A stretch of DNA of 64,000 bases from Candidatus Zixiibacteriota bacterium (GTDB taxonomy: Bacteria > Chloroflexota > Limnocylindria > QHBO01). The notes beneath the pieces are model-generated. The model was not told where the DNA came from. It saw only the letters and a list, made by a program, of their open reading frames with translations, and did no database searches. Shown in pieces: positions 1 to 9,311 of the stretch. How positions within the stretch are numbered: position 1 is the stretch's first letter; every line of letters begins with the position of its first letter. The stretch spans positions 31,821 to 95,820 of the forward strand of contig DASRYM010000044.1 of assembly GCA_035687145.1 (NCBI GenBank). Direction: 5' to 3'. Made by a program: the position numbers and the translations under genes.

Positions 1-2369
1 AGCGCTACCTCGAGCGCATGTGGCGCTTCATGGACGAGACGCGCGACTTCATCGGCGAGCAGCACCGGCGCCTGGGGGCCAGCCTGGACTGGACGCGCAT
101 GCGGTTCACCATGGACGAGGGCTCGGCGCGGGCGGTGCGGGTCGCCTTCAAGCGGCTGTGGGACGCGGGGCTGGCCTACCGCGGGGAGGCGCTCGTCAAC
201 TGGTGCCCGCGCTGCCGGACCACGATCAGCGACCTGGAGAACATCAAGGCCGAGGAGGCCGGGACGCTGTGGACCATCCGCTACCACCTGGCCCGGGCCG
301 ACGGCTCCCCCGACCCCGACGCCTGGATCACGGTGGCCACCACCCGGCCGGAGACGCTGTTCGGCGACACGGCGGTGGCGGTCCACCCCGACGACGAGCG
401 CTACGCGTCGCTGGTCGGGCGGGAGGCGGTCCTGCCGTTCATCGGCCGGCGGCTGCCGATCATCGCCGACGGGCACGTCGAGCGCGAGTTCGGCACCGGG
501 GCGGTGAAGGTCACCCCGGCCCACGACTTCGACGACTACGAGATCGGCCGCCGCCACGGCCTGCCGATGGTCAACGTCTTCGACGAGGAGGCGCGCCTCA
601 CCGAGGAGGCCGGGCCGTTCGCCGGCTGGGACCGCTACGACGCCCGGAAGGGGGTGGTGGCCGCGCTGGCCGAGTCGGGCGACCTGGAGGGCGAGCGGCC
701 CCACCAGATGGTCATCGGCCGCTGCGACCGCTGCCGCACGGTGGTCGAGCCGCGCCTGTCGGTCCAGTGGTTCATCCGCACCAAGCCGCTGGCAGAGCGC
801 GCCATGGCCAGCGTGCGCGAAAGGCGGACGCGGATCATGCCTGCCCACTTCGAGAAGGTCTACAACCACTGGATGGAGAACATCCACGACTGGGCGGTCG
901 GGCGCCAGCTGTGGTGGGGCCATCGCATCCCGGCCTGGTACTGCCCGGACGGGCACATCACGGTGACCGATGTCGAGGCCGGGCCCGATGCCTGCGACGA
1001 GTGCGGCCGCCCGGCCGCCGAGCTGCGCCAGGAGACCGACATCTTCGACACCTGGTTCAGCTCCGGCCTGTGGCCGTTCTCCACGCTCGGCTGGCCGGAC
1101 CGCACGCCGGACCTGGAGCGCTTCTACCCGACCTCGGTCATGGAGACCGGCTACGACATCCTGTTCTTCTGGGTGGCGCGGATGATGATGCTCGGGCTGT
1201 TCTGCACCGACGTCGAGCCGTTCCACACCGTCTACCTGCACGGCATCGTCCGCGACCCGTACGGGCAGAAGATGAGCAAGACCAAGGGCAACGTGGTCGA
1301 TCCGCTGCAGGTGGTCGAGGAGATCGGGGCCGATGCGCTGCGCTTCGCCCTGGTCAGCGGCACCTCGCCGGGCAGCGACCAGCGCCTGACGCAGGCCAGG
1401 CTGGAGGGTGGCCGCAACTTCACGAACAAGCTGTGGAACGCGGCCCGTTTCGTCCTGTCCGCGCGCCCGGAGCCGATGGTCGAGCCGGCGGGCGAGCCGA
1501 CGCTGCCCGAGCGCTGGATCCGCTCCCGCCTGGCCGAGGTGACCGAGCGCGCCACGCGGGACCTCGACGAGCTCGACCTGGCGGGGTACGTGGGCACCGT
1601 CTACGACTTCGCCTGGAGCGAGTACTGCGACTGGTTCCTGGAGGCGGCCAAGATCGACCTCCGCCGCCAGGACGCGTCGCCCGGTGAGCGGACGCGGGTC
1701 TGGCGCTCGCTGGCCGAGGTCCTGGCCGGCGTGCTGCGGCTGCTGCATCCGGCCCTGCCGTTCGTCACCGAGGAGATCTGGGCCACCCTGCACCGGGTCG
1801 ATCCGGAGGTCACCCGCGGCGAGGAGCTGCTGATCACCGCGGCCTGGCCTGCGGTGGGTGCCCGTGACGCGGCCGCCGAGGAGGCCATGGAGCGGGTGAT
1901 CTCGACAACCCGGGAGCTGAGGAATCTGCGCCAAGAGCTCGAGATCCAACCCGCAGAGTGGCGAGCGGTGACGATTGTCGCCGGCTCGGCCACTGCCGAC
2001 GCGGTGCTGAGGGAAGCAGAGCCGTACATCTCGGACCTGAGTCGGTCGAAATTGACGATCAATCCGCCGGGCACGGGCATTCCGGAACATGCGGCCGGTA
2101 CCGCGCTCGGCTTTGCCGTGATTGAGGCAAGTGACGCGGAGCGCCGCTACGTCGTTGACCGGCATGAGCGCGAACGCACCGAGCTCACGGAGCAGATTGA
2201 GCGCGTCCGAGCCCTCCTGGCCAGCGAGTTCGCCACCAAGGCTCCGCCGCAGGTTGTGCAGCGCGAGCGTGACCGCCTTGCCGAGCTCGAGGCCCGTCTG
2301 GCCGGCCTCGACGAGAAGCGGGCTATTCCACGATCGGGCTATTCCAGTCGCGCGACGGACCGCTGCTAG
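1..2369 (+). CDS. valS: valyl-tRNA synthetase, N-terminus outside the window
   Basis: The reading frame is open to the window edge. Class I aaRS motifs are present, including KMSKTKGN (KMSKS loop) and a CPRC zinc knuckle. A long C-terminal coiled coil (ERDRLAELEARLAGL) is typical of ValS. Confidence 0.95.
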   Translation, partial: RYLERMWRFMDETRDFIGEQHRRLGASLDWTRMRFTMDEGSARAVRVAFKRLWDAGLAYRGEALVNWCPRCRTTISDLENIKAEEAGTLWTIRYHLARADGSPDPDAWITVATTRPETLFGDTAVAVHPDDERYASLVGREAVLPFIGRRLPIIADGHVEREFGTGAVKVTPAHDFDDYEIGRRHGLPMVNVFDEEARLTEEAGPFAGWDRYDARKGVVAALAESGDLEGERPHQMVIGRCDRCRTVVEPRLSVQWFIRTKPLAERAMASVRERRTRIMPAHFEKVYNHWMENIHDWAVGRQLWWGHRIPAWYCPDGHITVTDVEAGPDACDECGRPAAELRQETDIFDTWFSSGLWPFSTLGWPDRTPDLERFYPTSVMETGYDILFFWVARMMMLGLFCTDVEPFHTVYLHGIVRDPYGQKMSKTKGNVVDPLQVVEEIGADALRFALVSGTSPGSDQRLTQARLEGGRNFTNKLWNAARFVLSARPEPMVEPAGEPTLPERWIRSRLAEVTERATRDLDELDLAGYVGTVYDFAWSEYCDWFLEAAKIDLRRQDASPGERTRVWRSLAEVLAGVLRLLHPALPFVTEEIWATLHRVDPEVTRGEELLITAAWPAVGARDAAAEEAMERVISTTRELRNLRQELEIQPAEWRAVTIVAGSATADAVLREAEPYISDLSRSKLTINPPGTGIPEHAAGTALGFAVIEASDAERRYVVDRHERERTELTEQIERVRALLASEFATKAPPQVVQRERDRLAELEARLAGLDEKRAIPRSGYSSRATDRC

Positions 2370-2441
2370 AATCGCGGGCGGCCGGGCCAGGGCCGGAGCC
2401 CCGACCCCGAGCAACGCCCGAGGCCGATACGAAGGGAGCCC

Positions 2442-3173
2442 ATGTCCTTCCTCAGGCGACCGAAGAAGCAGGAGCCACCCCCGCCACCGCCGCCCACCCC
2501 TGTCCAGGAGGAGGTCGAGGCCCAGCAGTACTCGCTGAAGCTCAATTTCATGGCCCGCTCCAGCGACGGGCTGCGCCTGCACCCCGACCCGGCGGTGCTC
2601 GCCGCCCTGCCGGGCATCGTCGAGCCGCTGGCCGGCTCGCCCGTGGAGGTCATCGAGCCGCTGCCGCTGGAGTACGCGGACGCAGCGCCCACCGTGGAGC
2701 GCTTCAACGAGATGCAGCAGTGGGTGCTGGCGCGGCGCGACCTGAGCCCCATCGGCCGTCATGCGCTCTACGTGCTGGAGATGACCAATGCGCTGGACAT
2801 GACGGTCGACACCTTCGTCTGCGCCCTGCTGCACGGAGAGACCGATACCAGCGGCTACCCGGAGTACAACGCCGTGGTTGGCGGCCTGGCCAGCCACTGG
2901 GACGAGCTGTCCGGCGAGCTGATCGTGCGCGCCGTGGTCGGCTGGGGCGGCAAGGGCCTGCGGGGCGACACCGACCGCATCGGGCAGCGCATCCTCAGCT
3001 CGCTGTACCAGCAGGTCCTTGCCTCGGGCTACAGCCTGGGTGCCGCCGAATCGGCCCGGGCAGCGATGCACGGACCGAGCGGCGTGGTGTGCGCCCACTG
3101 CGGCTTCGAGGCGGCGGGCGCCGGCGCCTTCTACTGCCCGAAATGCGGCATGCGCATGACGAGGACCGGCTGA
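2442..3173 (+). CDS. hypothetical protein with poly-Pro N-terminus and C-terminal zinc ribbon
   Basis: ATG is preceded by GAAGGGAG. The N-terminus contains PPPPPPP. The C-terminus reads CAHCG...x12...CPKCG (CxxC-CxxC ribbon). I recognise no family. Confidence 0.6.
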   Translation: MSFLRRPKKQEPPPPPPPTPVQEEVEAQQYSLKLNFMARSSDGLRLHPDPAVLAALPGIVEPLAGSPVEVIEPLPLEYADAAPTVERFNEMQQWVLARRDLSPIGRHALYVLEMTNALDMTVDTFVCALLHGETDTSGYPEYNAVVGGLASHWDELSGELIVRAVVGWGGKGLRGDTDRIGQRILSSLYQQVLASGYSLGAAESARAAMHGPSGVVCAHCGFEAAGAGAFYCPKCGMRMTRTG

Positions 3174-3297
3174 GGCATCGGTCCATGGGGGGCAGTACCT
3201 TCGGGCCACCCGCCCAGGCCTGAGTCCCATTGTCGGTTGGGGGGGTGCGGCGGATAGTGGTGCGGTCCGTAACGATCACCACCACCGAAGGGGACTC

Positions 3298-4521
3298 ATG
3301 GAGCGACCCACCGTCCTGCTTGCCCTGGCCGAGGGCGCCCAGAGCTACGAGGCGGCCCTGGCGGCAGCGGGATTCGACGTCATCGATGCCCACGCGGCGG
3401 GGACAGAGTGGCTCGACGGGGAGAAGCCGCCCAACCTCGCCGTGCTCGACTGTGACCTGCCCGCGGCCGACGCCAAGCGCTGGTACGAGGCGCTCCACGG
3501 GTCGAACGCCGTGCCGACCCTGCTCCTGTTCGGCCACGACATCCCCGAGTTCGCCACGAGCCGGACCGACGGCTCGACCGACGAGTACGCCGTCAAGCCC
3601 ACGCCCCCGGAAGCACTGACCTACCGGCTCCAGGCCCTGCTGATCCGGGCCGGCCGGGGGATGCCCGCCGAGGGCGGCACCTGGGCCGAGGCGAGCACCG
3701 CGAACGGCACCGCCATCGGGGAGGGGCACGTGGTCAGCGTCTTCGCCCCCAAGGGCGGTGTGGGCAAGACCACGGTGGCGGTCAACGTGGCGGTGGCGCT
3801 GCGCGAGCAGACCCGCTCACGGGTGCTCCTGTTCGATGCCGACGTGGGGGTGGGAAACGTCACCTCGGTCCTGGCCGCGCCCTACCGGCTGGGCCTGGCC
3901 GACCTGGCCGACTCCGATCCCTCCGAGTGGACCGATGCCGCCTTCGAGCAGGCGGTCAGCACCCATGAGCAGAGCGGCGTGCGGGTGCTCACCTGGGGGA
4001 ACGACCCCGCCGAGTCGGAGCGTGTCACCGCCGACCTGCTGCTGGCCGCGCTGCGCTGGGCGCGCGCCCACCACAGCTTCGTGGTGGTCGACACGCACCC
4101 GGGCTACGACGACCGCACCATGGCCATGCTGACGCTGGCCAACGAGATCCTGCTGGTCGTCACCCCGGAGGTGGGCGCCATCCGCAACAGCAGCCAGTTC
4201 CTGGACCTGGCCCACCAGGTGGGACTGCGCGACGTGGTCCGCGTGGTCGTGAACCGCGCGAACCACGGCGTCCGGCTGCCGGACATCGAGCAGGCCCTGG
4301 GGCTCAAGGTCAGTGCGACGGTGGTGTCCAACGGGCCCAAGGCGGTGATCGCCGCCAACGAGGGGCTGCCGGTGGTCACCAAGTTCCCCAAGGACAAGAT
4401 CGCCACCGACCTGCACAACATCGCCCGCGTCATCACCACCGGCGACCCGCAGAACGGCGCGGCCACTCCGGCCCGGCGTTCCTGGTGGTCGGCGCTCGTC
4501 TCGCGGGCCTCGACGACCTAG
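3298..4521 (+). CDS. receiver-like domain fused to a MinD/ParA-type ATPase (CpaE/TadZ-like)
   Basis: The N-terminal CheY-like fold has a degenerate acidic pocket (LLALAEG instead of DD) and no T/S after beta4, but Asp (AVLDCD) and Lys-Pro (YAVKP) are retained. The C-terminal half has the deviant Walker A FAPKGGVGKTT and a Walker B-like FVVVDT. Confidence 0.8.
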   Translation: MERPTVLLALAEGAQSYEAALAAAGFDVIDAHAAGTEWLDGEKPPNLAVLDCDLPAADAKRWYEALHGSNAVPTLLLFGHDIPEFATSRTDGSTDEYAVKPTPPEALTYRLQALLIRAGRGMPAEGGTWAEASTANGTAIGEGHVVSVFAPKGGVGKTTVAVNVAVALREQTRSRVLLFDADVGVGNVTSVLAAPYRLGLADLADSDPSEWTDAAFEQAVSTHEQSGVRVLTWGNDPAESERVTADLLLAALRWARAHHSFVVVDTHPGYDDRTMAMLTLANEILLVVTPEVGAIRNSSQFLDLAHQVGLRDVVRVVVNRANHGVRLPDIEQALGLKVSATVVSNGPKAVIAANEGLPVVTKFPKDKIATDLHNIARVITTGDPQNGAATPARRSWWSALVSRASTT

Positions 4522-4565
4522 TTCCGCGCGGCTGCGCGTTGCGGCCGCGTCTCGGTCCTGCCATC

Positions 4566-4594
4566 ATGCGGCCCGCCACCGGCGCGGGCCGCAT
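4566..4594 (+). terminator. candidate hairpin downstream of the ATPase gene
   Basis: ATGCGGCCCG-9 nt-CGGGCCGCAT forms a perfect 10-bp stem about 45 nt after the stop. There is no U-tract, which may be normal at this GC content. Confidence 0.3.
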
Positions 4595-4645
4595 CGGTCC
4601 CGCCACGTTCGTTCCGCCACCTGATCGAAACCAGCGACGACCGCC

Positions 4646-4939
4646 GTGCCGACCTACGACTACGAATGCCGCAGCTGCGGCCGGATCACCGAGGTGATCC
4701 ACTCCATGCTCGAGGACGGGCCGACCACCTGTGAGCACTGTGGCGGCCAGCTCCGTCGCGTGCTGTACCCGACCGGCATCATCTTCAAGGGGTCCGGCTT
4801 CTACAAGACCGATTCCCGGGCGGGCAACGCCGGGTCGGGATCCTCCACTACCGATGGCGACGCCACCTCCAGGGCGTCGGATGGGGCGGCCTCGAAGCCG
4901 GCCACCGGCAGCAGTACTGCGGCGGCATCCGACAGCTAG
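4646..4939 (+). CDS. FmdB-family putative regulatory zinc-ribbon protein
   Basis: GTG start. MPTYDYECRSCG...TCEHCGG is the CxxC_CxxC_SSSS signature, followed by a Ser/Gly/Thr-rich tail. Confidence 0.85.
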   Translation: MPTYDYECRSCGRITEVIHSMLEDGPTTCEHCGGQLRRVLYPTGIIFKGSGFYKTDSRAGNAGSGSSTTDGDATSRASDGAASKPATGSSTAAASDS

Positions 4940-5111
4940 CTCCGACCGGCGCGCGCGCTCAGCGAGTCGTCACCCGCTCGCCAGGTGAGCGGTATCCGGC
5001 GGACCTCGCCGGGCGGAGTCATCCGCTCGCGGGGCAGGCGGTTGGCGCTTTCGGAGCCTGCGGCCAGCGATCCCGCCTCCCAGGAAGCGGCTGAGGAGGG
5101 GTGACCGGTTC

Positions 5112-6596
5112 CTACGCTGCCTGGCTGGTGCCGCAGCGACGGCAGAACCGGGCCGATGCCGAGAGCGACAGGCCGCACTGCCCGCAGTTCTTCACGCCGA
5201 CGTGGCTGATGGCGCCGGCCACCTCGCGCGCGGACGCCTCCCAGAACCCGGAGGTGGCCGCCGCCCGGCCGACCCGCGACCGTGCGGCCAGCTCGGCCGG
5301 ATGGACGGCGGCGCCGCTCGAGCGGTAGGGGAGCACGGTCCGCTGCGGGGTGACCGGCCCCTCGCCGGGGTCTCCCAGGCCCAGCAGGTCGAGCTTCGCC
5401 CTGCGGGCGGCGAGGGCCGGGTCCTCGCGCTCGGCCGCGACCGGTTCGGCGGGCGCCTCCGGCTCGGGCTCGCGGCGTGGAACGCGGAGGATGGTCTCCC
5501 TGATCGGCACGATCGGCCGCGGCGCGGGCGGCTCCGGCGGCTCGGGAGCAGGCTCGGGCTCCACCTCGCTGGCGGCCGCGACCGGCTCCGGCTCGGGCTT
5601 GCTCTCGGCCTCGGCGGCCACGGGTTCCGGCTCCCCTTCGGAAATGACCGGCTCTGGCTCCGGCTCCGCCTCGGCGACGACCGGCTCCGGCTCGGGTGCG
5701 GGCTCGACCTCTGCCACCACCGGCTCGGGCGCCGGTTCGTCCCCTGCGGGCAGCGGCTGGGCTTCGACCTCGGCCGCGATCTCCGCTCCCGCGGCCATGG
5801 GCTCCAGCTCGGGCTCCGCCACGATCGGCTCGGGCTCGAGCTCGATCGGCGCGTCTTCCTCCCAGGTCAGGAGGCGCAGCGGCGGCAGCTCCGGCTCGGG
5901 TTCCGGCTCGGTCTCGGCGACGACCGGCTCGGGCGCCGGCTGCTCCGCGACCACGGGCTCCGGCACGGCCTCGGCGACCACCGGCTCGGGTTCGGACATG
6001 GGCTCGACCGGTTCGTCCGACGCGGCGGCAGGCTGCAGCTCCTCGACGGGCCATTCGACGTCCACGTGGCCGTTGGTGGCCACGCGCTCGAGGTCCGCGC
6101 TCGGCCAGGCCTCGAGGCCCAGCCGGCGGTTGAGCTCCGCCTCGTCCATCTGCGGCTCGCCCACCGCGGTCAGCTCAGGGTGCTGCGCCTGGAAGCTGGC
6201 CTCGAACCGCTCGATCAGGTCATCGGTGCCGGGGATCGGCGCGCAGGTCCGGCAGCGGCCGGCGTCGTCGTTCCAGCAGTTGGTGCAGGCGTACTGCCGG
6301 CAGTTGATGCAGAAGTTGAACGACCTGTGGAACGCCTCGAGCTGCTGCGCGGCGAGCGCCTCCTCCTCGGAGCGCAGGGCGTCGCCGACCGCGTCCGAGA
6401 GGGCATCCTGGCTCATGATGTAGTTCTTGAGCCCGGCGATCAGCCCGCGCGTCTTGCGGATCGTGTTCAGGCGCGTCGGAGCGGCGAACTCATAGCGTGT
6501 GCCGCATCGTTCGCAGAAGGACTCGGTGAGCGCTTCGGGCGTGTCGATGGCGCAGGATCCCCTGATCGGTCTGGAAGGGAGCAAGAGTATAGCCAC
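5112..6596 (-). CDS. multi-zinc-ribbon protein with a long acidic Pro/Glu-rich repeat linker
   Basis: Only the C-terminal ~495 aa of the 711-aa ORF look coding. The likely start is GTG at 6596 or TTG at 6584. Cysteine motifs are CERCG..., CINCRQYACTNCW...CRTC, and a C-terminal CGQCG...CRRCG. The middle is (PEPEPVVAEAE)n-like. Confidence 0.65.
   Translation of the reverse strand: MAILLLPSRPIRGSCAIDTPEALTESFCERCGTRYEFAAPTRLNTIRKTRGLIAGLKNYIMSQDALSDAVGDALRSEEEALAAQQLEAFHRSFNFCINCRQYACTNCWNDDAGRCRTCAPIPGTDDLIERFEASFQAQHPELTAVGEPQMDEAELNRRLGLEAWPSADLERVATNGHVDVEWPVEELQPAAASDEPVEPMSEPEPVVAEAVPEPVVAEQPAPEPVVAETEPEPEPELPPLRLLTWEEDAPIELEPEPIVAEPELEPMAAGAEIAAEVEAQPLPAGDEPAPEPVVAEVEPAPEPEPVVAEAEPEPEPVISEGEPEPVAAEAESKPEPEPVAAASEVEPEPAPEPPEPPAPRPIVPIRETILRVPRREPEPEAPAEPVAAEREDPALAARRAKLDLLGLGDPGEGPVTPQRTVLPYRSSGAAVHPAELAARSRVGRAAATSGFWEASAREVAGAISHVGVKNCGQCGLSLSASARFCRRCGTSQAA
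5510..6030 (-). repeat. in-frame degenerate tandem repeats encoding the PEP/VVAE linker
   Basis: The DNA motif ggctccggctcgggc/gaccggctc recurs about every 30-36 nt. It translates on the minus strand to EPEPEPVVAE variants. Confidence 0.6.
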
Positions 6597-6739
6597 GCAC
6601 CACAACCGGACCCTACAGGGGCATTGGTACTGGCCGCATGGGACCCACCGACGCCGCCTGCGGGCGTGCTGATGCCAGGCCCGGGCCGGCCGGGGACCGA
6701 TCACGGCCCCAGGCGGACCCCGTGCTAGGATCGGCGCCG

Positions 6740-7498
6740 ATGGGCATCCTCTCGCGCCTCGAGGCGATCCTTGAACGCGTGTTCGAGGGGCCGGCTGGAC
6801 GCCTGGGGGCGACCATCCAGCCGGTCTCCCTGGCCAAGCGCATCGAGCGCGCCATGGACACCAGCAAGTCGTTCGGCGACGACGGCGTGATCGTGCCGAA
6901 CCGCTACGTGCTGCACCTGAACCCGCAGGACTACGCCGGATTCGAGTCGTACCGCACCTCGCTGGAGGATGACCTCGCCCACGGCGTGCTGGCCCGCGCC
7001 AGGCGGGAGCGCTACACGCTGGTGGCCCGTCCCCGCGTGCGCCTGGTGGCCGACAACAGCGTGCCCCGTGGCGACATCCGGGTGGCCGCCAGCGTGGTCG
7101 ACGAGGAGGGCGCGCGCCTCCGGACCGATACGCCGCTGCCCGCCTCGTCGGACACCATGGTCCTGGCGCGCCCCGGCAGCGAGGCGGCCGCGGCCCCAGA
7201 GTCGGCCCGACGGGCCTACCTGCTGGTCCGGACCGATGGCGCCCCACCGGTGCAGTTCGACCTGGGCGGGCCGCTGATCAGCATCGGGCGGGCCAGCGAC
7301 AACGACGTCATCGTCGACGACCCGCTGGTCAGCCGCCACCACTGCCAGCTCAAGCTGCAGCACGGGGCCTACAGCTTCGCCGACCTGGGGAGCCGCAACG
7401 GGTCGTTCGTCAACGGGCAGCCGGTCAACGAGGTGGCGCTGGGCCCCGGGGACGTGATCCACATCGGTCAGACGGAGATCGAGTTCCAGGTGCGATGA
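6740..7498 (+). CDS. fhaA: FhaA-like protein (DUF3662 N-domain plus C-terminal FHA domain)
   Basis: The N-terminus is MGILSRLEAILERVFEG. The FHA core is ISIGRASDNDVIVDDPLVSRHHCQL...GSRNGSFVNG. ATG at 6740 is in frame with the ORF track. The stop overlaps the next start (ATGA). Confidence 0.85.
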   Translation: MGILSRLEAILERVFEGPAGRLGATIQPVSLAKRIERAMDTSKSFGDDGVIVPNRYVLHLNPQDYAGFESYRTSLEDDLAHGVLARARRERYTLVARPRVRLVADNSVPRGDIRVAASVVDEEGARLRTDTPLPASSDTMVLARPGSEAAAAPESARRAYLLVRTDGAPPVQFDLGGPLISIGRASDNDVIVDDPLVSRHHCQLKLQHGAYSFADLGSRNGSFVNGQPVNEVALGPGDVIHIGQTEIEFQVR

Positions 7499-7938
7499 CC
7501 GGCGAGGTCCTCCGCATCCTGCTCCTGGTGCTGCAGCTCGGCTTGTTGGCCCTCCTGTACCTGATCCTGCTCGGCTTCGCCCGCGCCCTGCTCCGCGACC
7601 TGCGCAGCGCCGAGCAGGCGCAGATGGCCAGCCAGGCCGGCATCGGGCGCCTGATGGTGCTCGAGTCCCCGGAGGACGAGCCGCCCGCGGGCCGCAGCAT
7701 CGCCCTGGGTCCGATCAACTCCATCGGCCGCAACGTGAACAACACCATCTACGTGGAGGACGACTTCGTCAGCGCCAACCACGCCATGCTCACCTTCCGC
7801 GGCCGAAGCTGGTTCATCGAGGACCAGGGCAGCACCAACGGCACCTACGTCAACGGCCACCGCATCGACCGGCCCGTTGCCCTCTCGTACGGGGACGAGC
7901 TGACCATCGGGCGGGTGCGGATGCGCCTTGAGCGCTGA
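7495..7938 (+). CDS. fhaB: FhaB/FipA-like membrane-anchored FHA-domain protein
   Basis: There is an N-terminal TM helix (ILLLVLQLGLLALLYLILLGF). The FHA core is IGRNVNNTIYVEDDFVSANHAML...GSTNGTYVNG. Confidence 0.85.
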   Translation: MTGEVLRILLLVLQLGLLALLYLILLGFARALLRDLRSAEQAQMASQAGIGRLMVLESPEDEPPAGRSIALGPINSIGRNVNNTIYVEDDFVSANHAMLTFRGRSWFIEDQGSTNGTYVNGHRIDRPVALSYGDELTIGRVRMRLER

Positions 7939-9292
7939 CGCCCGGCGGGCCCGCCGCTTCCCGCCCATCGCCTGGCGGGGCGCGGAGCTCCGCATGCTGC
8001 TGCCCCTGGCGCTGCTCATGCCGCTGGGCTTCGCGGTGACCCACATCGCGCAGACCGGCACCCCGGACCCCGGACCGATGGGCACCGCGGCGGCGTACGT
8101 GGTCCTCATGCTGGCCGCCCACTTCGTGCTGGTCGCCTCCGGCAACCGGGGCGACCCGCTGCTGCTGCCGCTGGTGGCGACCATCGGCGGCATCGGCCTG
8201 ATCATGCTCAACCGCCTGCCGCAGGACCTGCGCGGGACGCGGGCCTTCGGCCTGGAGCTGGGCATGGCCGAGACCCAGCTGCTGTGGTTCGCGGTCGGGG
8301 TGGTGGCCATGCTGCTGGTGGCCATCGGCTTCCGCAACGACGGCATCCTGCGCCACTACAAGTACACCTGGGCGATCGCCGGGGCGCTGCTCCTGACGAT
8401 CACCTTCCTGTTCGGCGTGGAGCAGTTCGGCGCCCGGCTGTGGCTGAACGTGGGGCCGGTGCAGGTGCAGCCCGGCGAGGCGATCAAGATCGTGCTGGTG
8501 GTCTTCATCGCCGGCTACCTGGCCGAGCACCGGGCGCTGCTGGCCGGCGCCAGCCTGCGCATCGGCCCGTTCAAGATCCCGCCGCTGCCCTACCTGCTGC
8601 CGATGCTCGCGATCTTCGTGATCGTGATGCTGATCGTGGTGATCATGCGCGACCTGGGCACCGCGCTCCTCTTCCTGGGCATCTTCCTGACCATGCTGTT
8701 CGTGGCCACCGGGCGGCGCAGCTACGTCCTGCTGGGGATCCTGCTCTTCGTGGCCGGCTCGTACGTCGCCTACAACCTGTTCGGCCACGTCCAGGTGCGG
8801 GTCAACAACTGGATCAACCCCTTCGCCGATCCCTCCGGCGACGGCTACCAGACCGTGCAGGCCCTGTACGCCTTCGCCCGCGGTGGCCTGTTCGGGGAGG
8901 GGCTGGGCCAGGGGCTGCCGCTGATCGGCGGGCGCCTGCCGATCCCGGCGCTGGAGACCGATTTCATCTTCGCCGCCATCGCCGAGGAGCTGGGCCTGGT
9001 GGGCGCCTTCGCCCTGCTGGCGCTGGCCGCAGCCCTCGTCTTCCGCGGCCTGCGGATCGCGGCCCTGGCCCGCGACGACTTCAGCGCCATGCTGGCCGTG
9101 GGCCTGACCAGCAGCCTGGGGCTGCAGACCCTGATCATCGCCGCCGGGAACGTGAAGCTCATCCCGCTCACCGGCATCACCTTCCCGTTCGTCTCGTACG
9201 GCGGCTCGAGCCTGCTGGCCAGCTTCGTGGTGGTGGGCCTGCTGCTGTCCATCAGCCACCGCTCGGCGGAAGCCGCCGCCGAAGGGCGCTGA
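7928..9292 (+). CDS. rodA: SEDS-family peptidoglycan polymerase (FtsW/RodA)
   Basis: The protein is polytopic and has the conserved C-terminal block [16 protein letters not shown]. It overlaps fhaB by 11 nt. The start (TTG 7928 versus a later ATG) is uncertain. Confidence 0.85.
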   Translation: MSADARRARRFPPIAWRGAELRMLLPLALLMPLGFAVTHIAQTGTPDPGPMGTAAAYVVLMLAAHFVLVASGNRGDPLLLPLVATIGGIGLIMLNRLPQDLRGTRAFGLELGMAETQLLWFAVGVVAMLLVAIGFRNDGILRHYKYTWAIAGALLLTITFLFGVEQFGARLWLNVGPVQVQPGEAIKIVLVVFIAGYLAEHRALLAGASLRIGPFKIPPLPYLLPMLAIFVIVMLIVVIMRDLGTALLFLGIFLTMLFVATGRRSYVLLGILLFVAGSYVAYNLFGHVQVRVNNWINPFADPSGDGYQTVQALYAFARGGLFGEGLGQGLPLIGGRLPIPALETDFIFAAIAEELGLVGAFALLALAAALVFRGLRIAALARDDFSAMLAVGLTSSLGLQTLIIAAGNVKLIPLTGITFPFVSYGGSSLLASFVVVGLLLSISHRSAEAAAEGR

Positions 9293-9311
9293 CGGGCGCC
9301 GAGCCGGGCCG

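Noticed and set aside
3298-4521. Tad/Flp pilus locus implied by the CpaE/TadZ-like annotation.
   Set aside because: No tadA/cpaF ATPase, tadB/C, secretin, pilin or prepilin peptidase genes flank either paralogue.
5112-7247. The full 711-aa version of the zinc-ribbon ORF.
   Set aside because: The N-terminal ~217 residues are Arg/Pro-rich and run antisense through fhaA. Coding-like sequence begins only near GTG 6596.
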